Assembly: GCA_965262715.1 (NCBI GenBank)
Contig: OZ253553.1
Coordinates: forward strand, 608,001 to 672,000
Source of the DNA: Bdellovibrionales bacterium
GTDB taxonomy: Bacteria; Bdellovibrionota; Bdellovibrionia; Bdellovibrionales; JAUICD01
Direction: 5' to 3'
DNA length: 64,000 bases
A program made the translations under genes and the position numbers. Below, piece after piece: positions 1-9,867 of the stretch. Position 1 is the stretch's first letter. Each line of letters opens with the position of its first letter. The notes beneath the pieces were generated by a model. It was not told the origin of the DNA. It saw nothing but the letters and a program-made list of their open reading frames with translations, and did no database searches.

Positions 1-3000
1 CCTATTTCTTCCAGATATCTTTTAATTTGACCTTGGCAGTCTTTTTCATTATTTTTCCATGTTTCAACCGTACCAAACTCCCCATGAGTGTCTGTATTTG
101 TAGGTCCATCTGATCCAGAAAATCCTGCTTTTTCAAAAGCCTGTCTGAGAACTTCCTTTATAATAAGACGTCGAGCAATTTCCTGTCTGGGCATAGACAA
201 AAAAGGTACTGGAGGAGCATCATTTAAAATCTGTTCTGGGTAATGGAAGTAAAAATTATCAAAGCTATTGCCTCGACATAATGTTAAAGCAAAGGAAAAA
301 GCTTGATTTCTTCTACCGGCTCGGCCCACTCTCTGTTGGTAATTAAATCTTTGTGGAGGCATATTAGCTAAAAATACTGATTGTAACGGACCAATATCTA
401 CACCTACTTCCATTGTAGTTGTAACGCTCAATATATCTATTTCTTCTACAATTTTGTTTTTTGAGTCATCGAGGATTAAGCCACGAAAATGTCTCTGTCT
501 CTCTGGCTGTTTGTTTTTATCTGTTTGAGCAGATAATTCTTCACAGTGAAGACGAATAGGTTCTCTATTATCTTTAACAGACTTTGAATAGTAATTTTTT
601 TTGTACAAATCTTTACAAGTTACATTTGTTTCTTCTTCCAGCTTCGCAAAGCAGTTGCTACATATTCTACCACTATTATGCAAATGAGGTCGTCTACACT
701 TTGGACACTCCCAAGCAGGGTCATTTGGGTTAGCGATTTTTATAAAAAGGTTTTTTGACTCTAAAATCGCTTTTCTGTGACCTTGTTCTTCACAAACTAA
801 TTTCCAAATGATTTGCTCTAACTGATTTTCTTTAATTTGGTGAATTTCTGCACATTTTTTAATATATTCTTTTATCTTTTTTTTCAAATTACTTATAAAG
901 TCAACACTTTGAACTGGATAGAGGCTGTTTTCATATCTCCCGGCATCTCCAAGCATTCTTATAAAACTATTACATATTTCTTTTAAGGAGTTTGAGGACA
1001 AAGATGTATTTTTATCTAAAATTTCATTTTTTTGTTTCTCTATAATGTGATTTTCTATGTTGAGACAAGGAAATCCTAAACCAGAAGACTCAAAACCAAA
1101 GTAAAGCCTTTGAAATAGAGCTCTAAAAATTCTTTGTTTAATCTCATTTCTAAACTCTCCTCTTTTTTCTTTTAAAGTTTGAGAAACTCCATCATTCCAA
1201 ACTTGATATTTTGATGAGTTAAATAAATCATACCATGGATGTTCTTGATTATTTTCTGAATCCCAAGATTTATCTAAAGTATTACCAGCAGGATTGACAC
1301 CCATATTTTTTAGCCTAAGTAGTAATGTTTCTTCTGTGTTATCTTCAAATAAGATATTGATTGGAAGAATTTGTGTTTCTTTCATCCGTTTTATTCTATC
1401 TATTTCTTTCTGATATTTGTCTTTATTTTCTTTTAGTTCGTCAATTAAATCTGATTGTTTTTCACAAAATTGGATGTAATCAATATATTTTTTTAACTTT
1501 TGAAAATGCCCCGGATGTTGACTTTCATATCTTTTAGCCATATCACTTTTTGCCTCTTGATATTGTTCTAAATCTTCTAGAAATTCTGGCTCTCCTTTAA
1601 CAATCAGCTTAAGTTCAGTGTAAAGAATTTCTCTAATCAAATCTTGGTAATGACTTCTTTCAATACCATTAGAAACCCTTGCCGCTTCTTCACGGCTATC
1701 TGAAAAAACAATCATTTTTCTATTTTTTTGATTTAAATGGTAAAACATTTCTTTAGATAAAATCTGTATCATTTTTGAAAATCCTGTTCGAAATCCTTTA
1801 ACGGGAGTTTTTAATTTGCTCTTTTGATAGTTTGCTCCACAGCTTGGACAAATAGAGGATAAAGCCATTATTTTTGATAAATCATCCCTAGAATCAGAAG
1901 TGTTAAATAAATAACCATTGATACAATCATCTTCATGATTATGCTCAAGTTTAATTTTCCCTGATTTTTTATGCAGATTTGCTTTACTCCATTTGTATTT
2001 GGATCGAGATTGTTTCCCTGATGTGGTAGTTAAAGGTTGTGACCACGGTGGTTTATTCTCTATTTCTGAATCAATAGATTGTCCTTTAGGACAAGGCCAA
2101 AACAAGGCATAATCCTTATAACTTCTTTTTTCTACAAAAGGCGTGATCTGCTCATCTGGTATCTTTTCAATGTCTGAAGTGGTTTGCAATAATTCAAAGC
2201 CATTATGATCCTCTCTATTAAACCTTATGCCGCCAAAGAATAATGTGCCACATTGTTCACAGTAAAGGGATTCAAAGACTTTGTGTTGAGCCTTGCAGAG
2301 CAAAGGCGGGTCTTGCAACCATAATTTACCTAAAGAGTTGTTATCATTGTTTTGATCTCTATATTCTTTAGAACATTCAGGATGGGTACAAGCCCATAAA
2401 CCTTCTATATTTTTAAAAAACAAATGAAATCTAAAGGAAAGTTTGATCTGTTTATAATAATTGTGGATAAAGCAAAATAATCCTTCTATAGCTTTTACTG
2501 CATCTTGATCTTCACTAAATATTTTTTTTGAAAGTTCATCTAAAGCAAGAGCTTTTTTACTTTCTTTTTTGAAAATATGACGTATTAAAACATTTATAGA
2601 ATCAAAAATATCTTGGTCTTTATCCTTCTTTAAAGATTTTTTAAGCTCGTTAAGAATTTCTGTTGGTTTATCATTGTTTTTTAGAAAAACTTGAGATGAC
2701 AAGTTTTTAAGATGATGATCAGAAGTCTTAGGATCATCAATTTCACCACTGACGATTTGATCTTTTTTCCAATTTATTCCAAAGAAGTCTTTTAAAAATC
2801 TCAAGCTCTCTGACTTTTCAGGTTCTAGTGAAGCACTAGATGCCAATATTCTTAATTGTGGACTATCAGGTGATAAACCAAGCCTATAGAGAAGTAAACG
2901 AATCAAATAAGCCACTTCCGCACCAGCTGTTCCACGATAAAGGTGCAATTCATCCACAGTCAAATGAAAAATATGACTTGGATCTTTTTCTAACCACTGA

Positions 3001-3998
3001 CGAGTTTTTTTAAAAATATCTTTATCAACGTCTCTCATCATCATAATGCTAAGCATGCTGTAGTTGGTGATCAAAATATCGGGTGGGTGGTCCTGCATGT
3101 CCCAACGGTTTGTCATCTCTGCTCTGTTGATTGTTGAGAAAAAATATTGCAATTCTTTTTTTTCTTTTTGATCAGAATGTTTCTCTAACTGTTGTTGTGT
3201 TTTATCTGTTTCTTCTAAGAATTGAGTGAGTTTTTTCAATTTACTTGTTTTCTTTTCATGTCCTGGGACAGGGGTCATACCTGTATAACGACCAAAATAA
3301 AACCGATTGGAATTACGATTTTCAACAAACCACTTCTCTGCACTATCAGAAGTTAAAGCCTTTCTTAAACGAGAAAGTTGATCTTCTACAAGAGCATTCA
3401 TAGGATAAAGAATTAAAGCTCGAACAGCTGGATCTCTTTTTTCATGGTCCCTTTGAGAAACTCTATAACTTTTTTTTAAGCCTTTGTTATTTTTCTTTTG
3501 ACAGGATTTTTTCCAATCCTCATTTTTCCACCAGTCATTTAAATGAATATCAGGCTTGTCTGGCTTTTCCCAAGTGAAAGACTCTTTCACAAGACTTGCA
3601 AATAAAGGTAATAAAAAGGACTCGGTCTTACCTGAACCTGTTCCAGATGTGATCACTGTATTTTGACCTTTAAGACTTTTTGTCAACATTTCATATTGAT
3701 GTTGATAAAGTTCCATATCTTCTTTTAAAAATCCAGAATGAGCAAAAGCTTGAAAAGCCTTGACCTGATTGGGTGAGAAACCTTCCAAATCCTTTTCTGT
3801 TAAATCAGATATTGTTTTGTTTGATCCTTTGTATTTTTGGATCAATTCAATGTAGGGTTTTTGATAAAAAAGGCCTTCTTTGTCTAGAATTTCTGCTCTT
3901 TCTTTTTCAAATGAAGGAAATTGTGTAGCAAATCGAGTCTGCACATAAAGCTTAAAATTATCCCTGATTTCCTCAAAGGCTTTTATTGGATTACGCAT
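1..3998 (-). CDS. druE: Large SF2 DEAD/DEAH helicase, Druantia DruE-like (3' end beyond window)
   Basis: Hand translation from ATG at 3998 (MRNPIKAFEEIRDNFKLYVQTRF) gives Walker A SGTGSGKTESF, LYPMNALVEDQLSRLRKAL, motif II VDELHLYRGTAGAEVA, TTTMEVGVDIG and NMPPQRFNYQQRVGRAGRR; motifs II and VI were confirmed in frame with the start. Not in the ORF track because no stop lies in the window. Confidence 0.75.
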   Translation of the reverse strand, partial: MRNPIKAFEEIRDNFKLYVQTRFATQFPSFEKERAEILDKEGLFYQKPYIELIQKYKGSNKTISDLTEKDLEGFSPNQVKAFQAFAHSGFLKEDMELYQHQYEMLTKSLKGQNTVITSGTGSGKTESFLLPLFASLVKESFTWEKPDKPDIHLNDWWKNEDWKKSCQKKNNKGLKKSYRVSQRDHEKRDPAVRALILYPMNALVEDQLSRLRKALTSDSAEKWFVENRNSNRFYFGRYTGMTPVPGHEKKTSKLKKLTQFLEETDKTQQQLEKHSDQKEKKELQYFFSTINRAEMTNRWDMQDHPPDILITNYSMLSIMMMRDVDKDIFKKTRQWLEKDPSHIFHLTVDELHLYRGTAGAEVAYLIRLLLYRLGLSPDSPQLRILASSASLEPEKSESLRFLKDFFGINWKKDQIVSGEIDDPKTSDHHLKNLSSQVFLKNNDKPTEILNELKKSLKKDKDQDIFDSINVLIRHIFKKESKKALALDELSKKIFSEDQDAVKAIEGLFCFIHNYYKQIKLSFRFHLFFKNIEGLWACTHPECSKEYRDQNNDNNSLGKLWLQDPPLLCKAQHKVFESLYCEQCGTLFFGGIRFNREDHNGFELLQTTSDIEKIPDEQITPFVEKRSYKDYALFWPCPKGQSIDSEIENKPPWSQPLTTTSGKQSRSKYKWSKANLHKKSGKIKLEHNHEDDCINGYLFNTSDSRDDLSKIMALSSICPSCGANYQKSKLKTPVKGFRTGFSKMIQILSKEMFYHLNQKNRKMIVFSDSREEAARVSNGIERSHYQDLIREILYTELKLIVKGEPEFLEDLEQYQEAKSDMAKRYESQHPGHFQKLKKYIDYIQFCEKQSDLIDELKENKDKYQKEIDRIKRMKETQILPINILFEDNTEETLLLRLKNMGVNPAGNTLDKSWDSENNQEHPWYDLFNSSKYQVWNDGVSQTLKEKRGEFRNEIKQRIFRALFQRLYFGFESSGLGFPCLNIENHIIEKQKNEILDKNTSLSSNSLKEICNSFIRMLGDAGRYENSLYPVQSVDFISNLKKKIKEYIKKCAEIHQIKENQLEQIIWKLVCEEQGHRKAILESKNLFIKIANPNDPAWECPKCRRPHLHNSGRICSNCFAKLEEETNVTCKDLYKKNYYSKSVKDNREPIRLHCEELSAQTDKNKQPERQRHFRGLILDDSKNKIVEEIDILSVTTTMEVGVDIGPLQSVFLANMPPQRFNYQQRVGRAGRRNQAFSFALTLCRGNSFDNFYFHYPEQILNDAPPVPFLSMPRQEIARRLIIKEVLRQAFEKAGFSGSDGPTNTDTHGEFGTVETWKNNEKDCQGQIKRYLEEI

Positions 3999-4971
3999 TA
4001 TTTTTCCTGTTTTGAAACCTTAGTTTCTGTTCCAGTTTACAAGCGATAAGTTCCGCTATTTTATAAGGAACACTTTTGAAGATAAATTTTTTATTTTCTC
4101 TAATAGGAGGAATTCCAGAAAGCAACGTCAATCCTCTTTCAAAAATAGCTGGAAACCGAAGTTTCGAGCACAATTCAAATGTTTGTTTATCATATTCTAA
4201 TACAGGACAATTTGATTGCTTTGCCATAATAAAACGTCCCCAATCTAAATTGACTTTTGCTTTATCTTCGTTTGAAGACTTAAAAAGATAATATGTGTGA
4301 GATTTTTCATAATGTGATATTTTAACAAGAGATAAGTCATTTCTAAATTGCTCTTTTGATTCAAGGTTTTGAAACTTTAAGGTGCTTGTATCGAAAAACT
4401 GTTTAATATCTGATGTATTGCCACTATGCCATTCTAAAGATAAAGACTGCTCGTATTGATTTATATCTCCAGTAAATTCTAATATATCCCAAGCTATAGG
4501 ATGTTCACAAGCTTTTATATAACCTGATAACTTATTTCCTTGAAACGCAACTTTTTGTAGATGATCTTCCAAATCTTCTCTATTTTCAGGTTTTATCATC
4601 ACAGTAGCTGGAAGACATTTATGACTTGTTATTTCAGTTTGAAAATGAGATTTGATCGTTTTCAACAATTCAGGAATGCATGCTCCTGTCAGAAGAAAAA
4701 TAGGCGTAAGATAAGGCAGGGCCACCAGCATAGGTGGAGTTACTTTGATATATGTTTGGCTGTTATTTTCTCCTATGTCTATGTATCCTAAAGCACTTAA
4801 TTTTCTGGAGAGATTAAGTATAAAATATTTGTCTTTCTCTAAAGAGTCTCTTCCATAAAGAATCTCTACATACTTTTTGAAATCATGCCATCTCAAAGTC
4901 TTTTTTTTAGAGAGTAAATACAGCAAATAATGACCCGGTTGACCTTTAGACTTTAACATGTTCTGCCTCAT
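3991..4971 (-). CDS. Hypothetical protein, Druantia-like accessory subunit (DruG-like or C-terminal half of DruH)
   Basis: 326-aa ORF overlapping both the upstream ORF and the helicase start; assignment from context. Confidence 0.5.
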   Translation of the reverse strand: MRQNMLKSKGQPGHYLLYLLSKKKTLRWHDFKKYVEILYGRDSLEKDKYFILNLSRKLSALGYIDIGENNSQTYIKVTPPMLVALPYLTPIFLLTGACIPELLKTIKSHFQTEITSHKCLPATVMIKPENREDLEDHLQKVAFQGNKLSGYIKACEHPIAWDILEFTGDINQYEQSLSLEWHSGNTSDIKQFFDTSTLKFQNLESKEQFRNDLSLVKISHYEKSHTYYLFKSSNEDKAKVNLDWGRFIMAKQSNCPVLEYDKQTFELCSKLRFPAIFERGLTLLSGIPPIRENKKFIFKSVPYKIAELIACKLEQKLRFQNRKNNA

Positions 4972-7024
4972 TTAAAAGTTTTTTCCATTCTTGTTTTTGT
5001 GGTTTTGAATCAAGGTTAAGTTGAATACGTTTTCTACGATGCCAGATGATTTTTTTCCATTGATCGATTTGTTTTCTAGAAAATTTGTTATTTGTATCAG
5101 TAAGTGATGATTTGAGTACATTTCCAAGATAATGTGCTATAGCCTTTTTATGTGTCTTAAAATGAATCATCCAATTAGCAGTCCATTTTAAATCTGTCCA
5201 TGATACAGAAATTTGCCCTGGTGTATCTCCTATCCAATAAATTTTTCCATAAGTGGGTAATTCAATATTTGGAAACCTTGTATAATCCTCTTTATGTTGT
5301 AAATAAGGTCCATAAGTTCCTTGAAGAAGTTGATTATTTTCGTTTTCCTCTTTTAAATTTCCAAAACGATCCATTGCATACCCATTCGAATATTCATTAA
5401 ATTTCTCTAATTGAGTTTTTACAAGCATAAGATGTGATTTTGTTGGTAGTCTTGAATCGCTGCCTTTTAATATGATCTCAATCCGTTCATTATAAGGAAT
5501 ATCTTTAGGAAGTAAAAAAGAATAAGAGGATTTACCTGAAGGAATCAGCTTCTTTTCTTCATTATTGACTTTATAAAAAGTCTCTGGGTCTTGATCTCTA
5601 CATCCTATAACTTTAACTTGAGGAAGGGCAAAATCAAAAAATTGATTGCCTTTAGAAAGACGAATACCTCCTTCAAAATGAATTTTAGAATGTTCATCTA
5701 TGGCAAGAGCAGGTATGGAATCTTTAATCAGACTATCATTTTTTACGCCTTTTATTTTGAAAAGATGCCAATTTGTTGGCAGGCCTGTAAAGTCATTTAA
5801 TTTTTGAAATTTGTCACATTCTTTCTGACCCCATCTTTGGACTTTCTCAACAAGATCAGAATGAACAGCAAGATAAAATAATTCATCTGGCGTATATCTC
5901 TGACCTGATACCCATCCGTCTACTTCTAATTCACTACCCTTTGTGAATATTTTGTATTTTTCTCCTTTATAGTGAAAGTGATATTTATTATCATCGGTTA
6001 TGCTAGCAGAAAAATCTTTTGCCCAATCTTTAATGGAAAACTCTTGGATGAAACCAGATATAGTAGATGATGGGGATGGCACTTGCCATTCCTTATTTTC
6101 ATTTTTTAAAATAAAATCTTCATCAGGCAATCCATTTGCTTTTTTACACCTAAAAGAAACCTTAACAGTTTTAGCTGTTTGATCTATATCATTTAAACAG
6201 ATGAGAATTTGCCCTCTTTTTTGATGGCGGCCAGCTGATGTTTCTTCTATCTGATCTTCATCATAGTTTTTAAGTTCTTCTAAAAATCTATTACATAATT
6301 GAGAACGAAAATCAAGTCTGCCTTTTTCAATTCTTTTTTGAGTCCTATTTGAAAGCTTTTGTTTATATCTCTTTAAGGCTTGCAAAATCTCTGCTTCTGT
6401 GGGGATGGAATCTGAATCCCATCCCATTTTCCAAAATATTTCAGGAAGATGCTGTTGATCTTCTTTTGTAAGGACTACTTGATAATAAAGGATACCGACA
6501 TAAAGCCGTCCACCGTATATATCAAGATGAAACTCCCCAAACCCACCTTGTTTATCTTCTAAAGTCCATTTTTCTAAATCCTCCCATAAATCTGGTATGT
6601 TTTTAAAGTCTTGTGTTGAAAGGTTCTCTCCTATAAGCTCATTAAGTCTTGGATAATAAGCTATTTCAGAAAAATCTTCATTATTTCTCCCATGGCTGAC
6701 AGCTAATACAAATAAAGCTAAATAGGCGGTATAGGGTGGATATTTAAATTGACTTTTATCACTTTCCCACTTTTTAAATATCTTATGAGCTTTTTTACAG
6801 ACATTGTTTTGTTTTAAGTCATTTTTGATCTCATCAGGGCCTAATTTAACAACCTTTATAAATTCTTCAAAAGTGGTGTTGTTTTCTTTAGCAATTTTTC
6901 CTATTAAATCTTTTTCGGCAGAAAACCACATGCGTTGTCCGGACTTGTTCTCATTGAAAAAATAACTTGCAATTGCATCATTCCACTCCAGATACTTCAA
7001 GACAAAATCCTTTCTGATTTTCAA
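4946..7024 (-). CDS. Hypothetical protein, Druantia-like accessory subunit (DruF-like or N-terminal part of DruH)
   Basis: 692-aa ORF with TTG start; N-terminal YLEWNDAIASYFF...YPPYTAYLALFVLA resembles partners of DruE-type helicases; first gene of the operon. Confidence 0.5.
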   Translation of the reverse strand: MKIRKDFVLKYLEWNDAIASYFFNENKSGQRMWFSAEKDLIGKIAKENNTTFEEFIKVVKLGPDEIKNDLKQNNVCKKAHKIFKKWESDKSQFKYPPYTAYLALFVLAVSHGRNNEDFSEIAYYPRLNELIGENLSTQDFKNIPDLWEDLEKWTLEDKQGGFGEFHLDIYGGRLYVGILYYQVVLTKEDQQHLPEIFWKMGWDSDSIPTEAEILQALKRYKQKLSNRTQKRIEKGRLDFRSQLCNRFLEELKNYDEDQIEETSAGRHQKRGQILICLNDIDQTAKTVKVSFRCKKANGLPDEDFILKNENKEWQVPSPSSTISGFIQEFSIKDWAKDFSASITDDNKYHFHYKGEKYKIFTKGSELEVDGWVSGQRYTPDELFYLAVHSDLVEKVQRWGQKECDKFQKLNDFTGLPTNWHLFKIKGVKNDSLIKDSIPALAIDEHSKIHFEGGIRLSKGNQFFDFALPQVKVIGCRDQDPETFYKVNNEEKKLIPSGKSSYSFLLPKDIPYNERIEIILKGSDSRLPTKSHLMLVKTQLEKFNEYSNGYAMDRFGNLKEENENNQLLQGTYGPYLQHKEDYTRFPNIELPTYGKIYWIGDTPGQISVSWTDLKWTANWMIHFKTHKKAIAHYLGNVLKSSLTDTNNKFSRKQIDQWKKIIWHRRKRIQLNLDSKPQKQEWKKLLNEAEHVKV

Positions 7025-7298
7025 CTAACTGATCAATGGAGAAATAAACTTTTATCAATAATAATTTTGGATTATTCTAAAGAGATATCTTTAGATTTAT
7101 GTAGCTATAAAAAGGATCGGTAAAATCCTAATCAATCTTTAGGCCAAATAACTTTTTTTAAAATTTACTTTTTATGATATTTTGATACATGGCCGTTTCT
7201 AATTTTGAAATAAGGGTGTTAGATAAGAGAAGATAAAATAAAATAGATTCTTATGAGAAGTAGTCTGAGAAAATAGATATTGCATTTTACAATATATG

Positions 7299-7393
7299 TT
7301 CTAGGATCCGGCAGTCCGGCAATCTGGCAGCTGTGCCCGGAAGCCGTTCACGGAACCTGAATACCGGTTTGTCCGATTGACAGACCCCGGAAT
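7299..7393. repeat. GC-rich octamer-built palindromic repeat (REP-like family)
   Basis: GGATCCGG-CAGTCCGG-CAATCTGG left arm, ...GTCCGATTGACAGACCCCGGAA right arm; same modules recur across the window. Confidence 0.75.
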
Positions 7394-7429
7394 AAGAAAG
7401 GCTTAACTAATTATGAACTTACTTTATTA

Positions 7430-7816
7430 TCATTGACTTATGTATGCATCAGCTTCAATTTCAATCAGCATTTCAGGATTAATTAATTGCTTGACCTCAA
7501 CCATAGTTGTTGTAGGAGGATGGTTTTCAAAAAATTCTCTATGTGCTTTCCCAAATAATTCCCATTTTGAAATATCAGTTACAAACATTCTTGTCCGCAT
7601 AATTTTAGAAATAGGTACATCTAATTTAGCGAGAGTGTCTTCGATAATCTGTAAACATTTTTTCGCTTGTAAATAAGCATCATTAGGAGCAAAAACATGA
7701 CCATTGCTGTCAATAGAAGTTGTTCCTGTCACATATATATGATCACCAGCCTTCAACGCTCTACAATAACCTACTTTTTTTTTCCATGGCGTGTTTGTAA
7801 ATGTTCTTTGAAACAT
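7430..7816 (-). CDS. RidA/YjgF/UK114 family protein
   Basis: WKKKVGYCRA, IYVTGTTS, RTRMFVTDIS, PTTTMVEVKQLINPEMLIEIEADA motifs. Confidence 0.92.
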   Translation of the reverse strand: MFQRTFTNTPWKKKVGYCRALKAGDHIYVTGTTSIDSNGHVFAPNDAYLQAKKCLQIIEDTLAKLDVPISKIMRTRMFVTDISKWELFGKAHREFFENHPPTTTMVEVKQLINPEMLIEIEADAYISQ

Positions 7817-7952
7817 TATCTTTTCCTTTCTATTTTAAAAATTTATCTTTTTTATAGAGGTCAAAGATATGGGTTAAAATGTAAAATAAAAATATACTCA
7901 AGGCAAATTGAAAATATAGACTTAAGGTTTTTTGTGTGAAAATGTGACATAG

Positions 7953-8050
7953 AAGACACATAATCGGAATAGATGGAAGGTAGAAAGAACTTTTGCTTGG
8001 CTTCAAAATTTTAGAAGGTTAGTGACTCCATATGAAGTAAAAGACGAGAT
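7953..8050 (+). pseudogene. IS5-family transposase C-terminal remnant
   Basis: Translation from 7971 gives [22 protein letters not shown], the IS5-family C-terminal signature; in-frame stop at 7950 and no start. Confidence 0.8.
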
Positions 8051-8089
8051 TTTAAACAACCTTAGTTATAATAATTCTCCCAGAAATAT

Positions 8090-8541
8090 CTATGGAAGTA
8101 AATTTATATGTGTTTTATTTTTATATATATGTCCCCTAGGCTTATTGATTATTCGATGATCTGTGAAATCTTCATGTAAATCTTTATCCCCTTTATCACC
8201 ACCAAATAACAGTCTGGCCCTTCTCTCTACTAATGCTATAGCAAGAATATGTGTGTCATTGGACCTTATTGAAGTCTTGTTGATCTTACGAGTAAGATCA
8301 ATTTTTTCTTTCATCTCTTTTGATTCAACTCGATAAGTAGCTCTTTGTAACCTTATGATCATTTTTTTCATGTTAGGAGATTTTTTATTTCATCTATGCT
8401 TTTCTTATCATTACCATATACTAATGTTAATTTTTGTTTTTTAATACACTTATGAATAGGTACTGAATCTTCATGATTCATATCTACAAATTTGTGAAAA
8501 ACACTAGCATCAACAATTATTCCCGGCTTTGACAATCCCAT
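8090..8541 (-). pseudogene. PIN-like domain protein split by a 1-nt frameshift (or sequencing error)
   Basis: ATG 8541 gives MGLSKPGIIVDASVFHKF... to TGA at 8368; the 8090..8371 ORF continues with SNDTHILAIAL...DKDLHEDF. One extra A in the A6 run (T6 at 8381-8386) fuses them into about 150 aa with PIN-type acidic residues. Confidence 0.65.
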
Positions 8542-8583
8542 AATTCTATCCTATTTTTCTAAATTAAGATGTTGTAATAAAAC

Positions 8584-9867
8584 TTAATCTTCTAATCCTA
8601 ACAATTCATAATCTTCTTGTAAAAAAAAGTCTGTATAGCTGTCTGGTTGATTTTCAAGATTTCCGTTGGAGTCAATAGTGATTGGATGAATTTTAGTTGC
8701 TCCATTTTTTAATTCAAAATATAATATTAAAAAGGCTTCTGGCTTAAGATTTTTTTTCTTAATCTCAATACTTGACCTCTTAATGATATAATCACTATGA
8801 GTCTCACAGATAAATCTGTATTTTTTATCATGCTCATTGATCATATTGATCATATTGATCATATTGATCATAAGAGTTGCAAATTCAGCTTCTACCTTCG
8901 GATGAAGGTGAACTTCAGGCTGTTGTATCAAAAATGTATTGTATTTTTCTTGGTCTGAAATAAGCACGTTCCCCAAAATTGGCAAAAATTGATTGACTCC
9001 ATAACCAACATTTGTGATATCTGATTCTAATTCATCAACTTTAACTTTTATTGAAAATGGAGAGAACTTATCTTCTTTATTTAATATATGTATATCTAAA
9101 TCTTGAAAAAGGCTTGAATCTTTACCAAATTTTTTAAGCTTTTCTTCTATTTCATTCCAAGCTTTCTTTCTTTTCATCTGTGCCATCTCACATAAAACAT
9201 AAGATGAGTCTGTAGTTTTAATTCGACTAGGCTCATATTGTTTTTTCGGTTCCAGATGTATTGGGTTAAAAAGATTACAATTCATTTTTTTCCACTGTTC
9301 TTGAAGTTTTAATAAGTTGGTTATTTTTGAATGTAAAATTTTATTTTTTTCAAGAAAGTCTTTTGGATTATTAGATAAAAAAGAAATAATATGAAAAAAG
9401 TTAATATCAAAATCTAAAGGCATAGTGCCTTTATATTCCTCTTGTTCGTTCACAAGAATTCTTATCATAATATTTTCTTCTATGTTTATCTCTATATTAT
9501 CTTCAGAACAGTTTATCAGAATCCTGTTGCATATTTCCCCCTTTTTTATTGAATATTCTATACTCCATTTATCTCTACCAATTTGTAATGTTGCTCCAAT
9601 CTTTATTGTATTATCATCAGATTGCTGTCTTACAATGCTTTCAGAACCTCCAAGATATTTATATATTGGATCTTTCAATAAGTCTCCTATAGATAAGGGT
9701 TTTATAGGTTTGTCTTTATATAAAAGGTCATGGATGAGTTGATAAGAGGCTAAAAAGGTAGTTTTCCCTGTGTTATTTTCCCCTACAATTATAGTAATAG
9801 GACGGATGAGACTTTTTACTTCTGAAAAACATCTTAAGTTTTTTATTTCTAGACTGTTGATGACCAT
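8584..9867 (-). CDS. ABC-type/AAA_21-like ATPase (DUF3696-like C-terminus)
   Basis: Walker A GENNTGKT, signature VGYGVNQFLP, Walker B LIQQPEVHLHP, H-loop ETHSD; GGAGG RBS favours ATG 9867 over 9879. Confidence 0.85.
   Translation of the reverse strand: MVINSLEIKNLRCFSEVKSLIRPITIIVGENNTGKTTFLASYQLIHDLLYKDKPIKPLSIGDLLKDPIYKYLGGSESIVRQQSDDNTIKIGATLQIGRDKWSIEYSIKKGEICNRILINCSEDNIEINIEENIMIRILVNEQEEYKGTMPLDFDINFFHIISFLSNNPKDFLEKNKILHSKITNLLKLQEQWKKMNCNLFNPIHLEPKKQYEPSRIKTTDSSYVLCEMAQMKRKKAWNEIEEKLKKFGKDSSLFQDLDIHILNKEDKFSPFSIKVKVDELESDITNVGYGVNQFLPILGNVLISDQEKYNTFLIQQPEVHLHPKVEAEFATLMINMINMINMINEHDKKYRFICETHSDYIIKRSSIEIKKKNLKPEAFLILYFELKNGATKIHPITIDSNGNLENQPDSYTDFFLQEDYELLGLED
8836..8871. repeat. 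In-frame 9-bp tandem repeat x4 (MIN)4 in the ATPase
   Basis: (ATTGATCAT)4 read directly. Confidence 0.9.
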
